Assembly: GCF_006345805.1 (NCBI RefSeq)
Contig: NC_043015.1
Span: forward strand, 39,680,001-39,744,000
Origin: Octopus sinensis
Taxonomy: Eukaryota
Length of the DNA stretch: 64,000 nt
Direction: 5' to 3'
This document shows positions 60,330 through 64,000 of the stretch, one piece after another. A model generated the notes under the pieces. It did not search any database, was not told the origin of the DNA, and was given only the letters and a program-made list of their open reading frames with translations. A program made the position numbers and the translations under genes. Positions within the stretch are counted from its first letter, which is position 1. Every line of letters begins with the position of its first letter.

Positions 60330-62179
60330 ACTAATACATAGTCTTTGGACTACATTTTTACACGTTAGGCCACTGGAAGTGAAAATTTTAATTAATTTCC
60401 ATTTCCCTTCGATATGATCATATATTATACAGCAATATGTGTATGTATATATTATACAGCAAGGTGTGTGTGTGTATACATGCATAAAATTTTATACACC
60501 TAAATTACAACTATTTATTGGAACCCATATATGGTTCCATACCATTGGTGGTTGTAAAACCTTTCAGCAAAATCTGTCTTTAATGGTAGATTATTTATAA
60601 ATCAATAGAATAAACCATAAAAAAAGAAAATAAATTGAAAGCTTTGGAAAGGAATAATGGAAATTTTTAAAAGAAAAAAAAAAGATATAGATTAAGATAT
60701 CAAAATTACATTTAAAGTGGGATTTGTCAAAAAAAGAAAAAAAGACATTTTAAAAGGTGGTAATGGTGGTGGTGGTGGTGTTGGTGGTGAAGGTAATTCT
60801 ACAGAAAATAATTGCTATTTTTACTGTCCGATTCTATTTCAATTCTGTGTGTGAAAGTGAAGTAAACTCTTAACATCTTAAGCTTCTAATTCTGGAATAT
60901 GTCCTGTTGCACTTCAGACCAATTTTACAAAGAAATTGTTTAACTTCTGATCTGGCTTCACCACATTCATATCGCTCTCAAGACTATCATTTTACCAATT
61001 AATTTTGTGCATATCTATGTTAACACAGACGTGCGCACGCACACACACACACACATGCATACACACTTCTCAGGAAGTAGTAGATTAAAATAGCTATTTG
61101 TGTATCATACTTAATATTGATACATCATGATAGGCAAAGTTACTGTGGTGCGTATGTGTAACTGCACCAACAGAAGTTTCAACTTGCAAGTCTATCTAAT
61201 AAGCTAAAAATTCTCAGGTTCCTTTTGACTGTTTCAGAAGGCCAGTATTAGCTTCTGGATATGTTTGACATATTCAAATACAAAGGCAATTGACGGTGTA
61301 AATCGTCAATACCAAATTCTCTGTGATTTTGTTGAATTATAAAATAATGACCGTAGCTTAGTTTCTTGATTTTGTTTACACTTCACTGATTCACAACCAA
61401 GAGGTCATTGGTTTTACTTTTGACCATGTAACAGAATTCTTTGTGTTTCCAGTCAAAAAGTTTTGCCAATAATCTGACAAATCCATTGGGGTTTATGTAA
61501 CCCTTTAATTTTCTTGGAATCAGTGAAGTAAGTACCAATAATATATGTTCTAGTTTATATTAATTTTATATTTTAAATAATTTTATATTAATTTTATAGT
61601 TTAATTAAGTATCAGTTTTCAAAAATTTCAGGCTTTGTGTCTAGAGTAGAAAAGAATATCTTTGTTATTCTTCTTAATAATATTCAATGTTCTAAGGGTA
61701 TTGCTCCCACCCCGTATAACAACAGCGACAGTTTGCATATTCTGCCATGCTACAACACTCTCCTACCTCTAGGGATTATTCCTCGGTGTTACATAACAGT
61801 CATACTAAAGTTTGGATTCAGCAATTCAGTAAAGAACAGTGAGAAAAAATGGTTGTCTGGTGAGTATTTTGTCGGTTGTGTTTATCTGGTTCAGCTGTTC
61901 AACGGAGGAGTACGTCAATGATTTATGACACCAGGGGAATAAAATATGATTACACCCTGGAGCCAGAAGTGGTCTCCTTTCTTCCTGTCTTCTTGAAGAC
62001 ATTCATTCATAGATTAACAGAAATTTGGAATTGAAATGATTTCTTGAATACAGCTGATGGAATAATTGTGTGCAATGAAGTAATTAGGGTGGGAAGAATA
62101 TCGCAAAGTAATTTTGTATTTTTAATTGGAAATGGTTAAAACGGAAAACTGAATTAATTGTAACTTAATCATTATAACC

Positions 62180-62350
62180 ACCACCAGCTCACCACCACCA
62201 CCACCACCACCTCACCACCACCACCACCTCACCACCACCACCACCTCACCACCACCACCACCTCACCACCACCACCACCATCTCACCACCACCACCACCA
62301 GTCCACACTCCCTAGCACCATCATCACCATCACAACCACCACCACCACTG
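62180..62350. repeat. (CAC)n tract
   Basis: Seen directly. Confidence 0.9.
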
Positions 62351-62849
62351 GCACCTTCTTAACCACGACCCAGGCTCTATTGCCACTCTACCCTACCCAC
62401 CGCACATTATCCCCCCCCCCCGTGTTTTTCATCTGTTTTTCCATGTCTCAATCCTGTACATTATTACTTTATGATAAGAGGGGGGGGGGAAATTGAGAGG
62501 GGGGAAGAGTAATAGAGTTACAAAGGGGACATGTGGCAGGGATCAGCCCATCACTGTTTTGCTAAGGAGGGAATTAACTCTGTAGCTCTGTCTTTGGCTT
62601 TGGTTTTACACCCCACCTTCTCATTTCTCTCTCTACTTCAATCTGTGAAAGCTATGGGCAATGTCCCTTCCTGTTTTTTTTTTTTCCAGTTAAAGCACCT
62701 GTTGTTTAACAGTCATCAGCTGTCCTCGCTGGATGCTGGTGAGGCTTTTCTGGTTTACTATCCCGGAACACAACAACTACACTTCAGACAAACCATTAGT
62801 GTTTTTTTTTTAGGTTTGATTCTTTTTTTTATTAACAATGGGACCTTTA

Positions 62850-63265
62850 ACTCTGCACTCACTCTCTCACACACACACACACACACTCTCATACTCACAC
62901 ACTCTTACTTTCTGTTGCTTTCTCTTGCTCTCCTTTTCTCTCTTTGTCTCTCTCTCACTCTCTCCCTCTGTCTCTGTCTCCCTGTTTATCTCTCTGTGTC
63001 TGTCTCCCTCTATCTCTCCCGCCCACTGTCTCTCTCCTCTTCTCTTCACTCCTTTCTCTCCCTCCCTCTGTCTCTTTCTCTGTCTCTCTTTCCCTCACTC
63101 TGTCTCTCTCCTCTCTCTTCCCACTCCCACTGTCTCTCTCCTCTTCTCTCAACTCCTTTCTCTCCCTTTTCTCTCCCTCTCTCCTTCTGTCTCCTCTGTC
63201 TCTCTTCCCCTCCGTCTGTCTCTCCCCCTCTCCCTTCTCTTTTCTTCCTCCTCTCCCCTCCCTCG
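62850..63265. repeat. (CT)-rich low-complexity tract
   Basis: Seen directly. Confidence 0.9.
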
Positions 63266-63679
63266 TAATTAACATATACAATTAGCTCCGTTAACATAAT
63301 GTCCATCCAGTTGAACTGTAAACCATTTTCTGCTGTTACAACCAACCAGCCGTCCAACCGTCCAACCATCCAACCAGCCTTCGATGCTTCTTCGCAGTCT
63401 GGTTGCTATGGGATACGGGAGTATTAAGGAATGTAGTCAGCATCAAATTGTTATTGTTGAGATGCTGAATTGTTTTTTTTTCCCCTGAAAGAGGATTCCA
63501 GCCAGAATGCGGAATGGGTTGGGGGGGTGGAGTGTGTGTGCATGTGTGTGTGAGAGAGAAACAGCTGTGTGTGTGCTTGTGTGTGTGTGTGAGGGGGAGA
63601 GAGAGAGAGAGAGAGATGTCAAGCGGAAATCAAGTAATATAAACGGTGTATAGTGTTGTTGTTGTTGTTGTGTATTCTT

Positions 63680-63827
63680 TTATTCTTTTGCTTGTTTCAG
63701 TCATTTGACTGTGGCCATGCTGGAGGCACCACTTTTAGTTAAACAAATCGAACCCAGGGCTTATTCTTCGGTTGTCATGCGATGGTGGGGGAACAGTCAC
63801 AGACACACAGATACATACATACATACA

Positions 63828-63858
<31 letters not shown>

Positions 63859-64000
63859 GTATATATGATGGGCTTCTTTCAGTTTTCGTCTGCCAGATCC
63901 ACTCACAAGGCTTTGGTCGGCCTGAGGCTATAGTAGAAGACACTTTGCCAAGGTGCCACACAGTGGGATTGAACCTGGAACCATGTGGTTGGGAAGCAAG
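63680..64000 (-). mobile_element. SINE-A cut by the window end
   Basis: Family motifs. Confidence 0.8.

Noticed and set aside
61760-61866. Plus acceptor/donor pair near CTG|GTGAGT (61860)
   Set aside because: The phase compatible with the 29941 donor hits a stop, and the other frames give no recognisable peptide.

Overview
AT-rich, repeat-saturated eukaryotic DNA. The retroposon families and (TA)/(TATG)/(CA) microsatellite load match what I recognise from Octopus genomes; the organism call is an inference. Almost all ORFs in the supplied track are microsatellite or retroposon artefacts. Real coding signal is sparse and found only from splice grammar. (1) A minus-strand multi-exon gene ends at the left edge: short phase-0 exons at about 6.4, 3.6 and 1.3 kb, a probable exon at 7.8 kb, and a terminal exon with two alternative acceptors read in different frames. 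Speculative upstream exons lie near 34-35 kb. (2) A plus-strand exon at 29.8 kb encodes a signal-peptide-like N-terminus behind a GC-rich promoter-like island. A textbook plus-strand AG|GTAAGT recursive-splice-like site lies at 13065/13066. The rest is tRNA-derived SINEs (informal labels A, B, D), RTE LINE 3' ends with (GAT)n tails, piggyBac-, hAT- and mariner-type MITEs with clear TSDs, fold-back elements, minisatellites and one near-perfect tandem duplication. No gene family was confidently recognised. No rRNA, true tRNA or CRISPR array was found.
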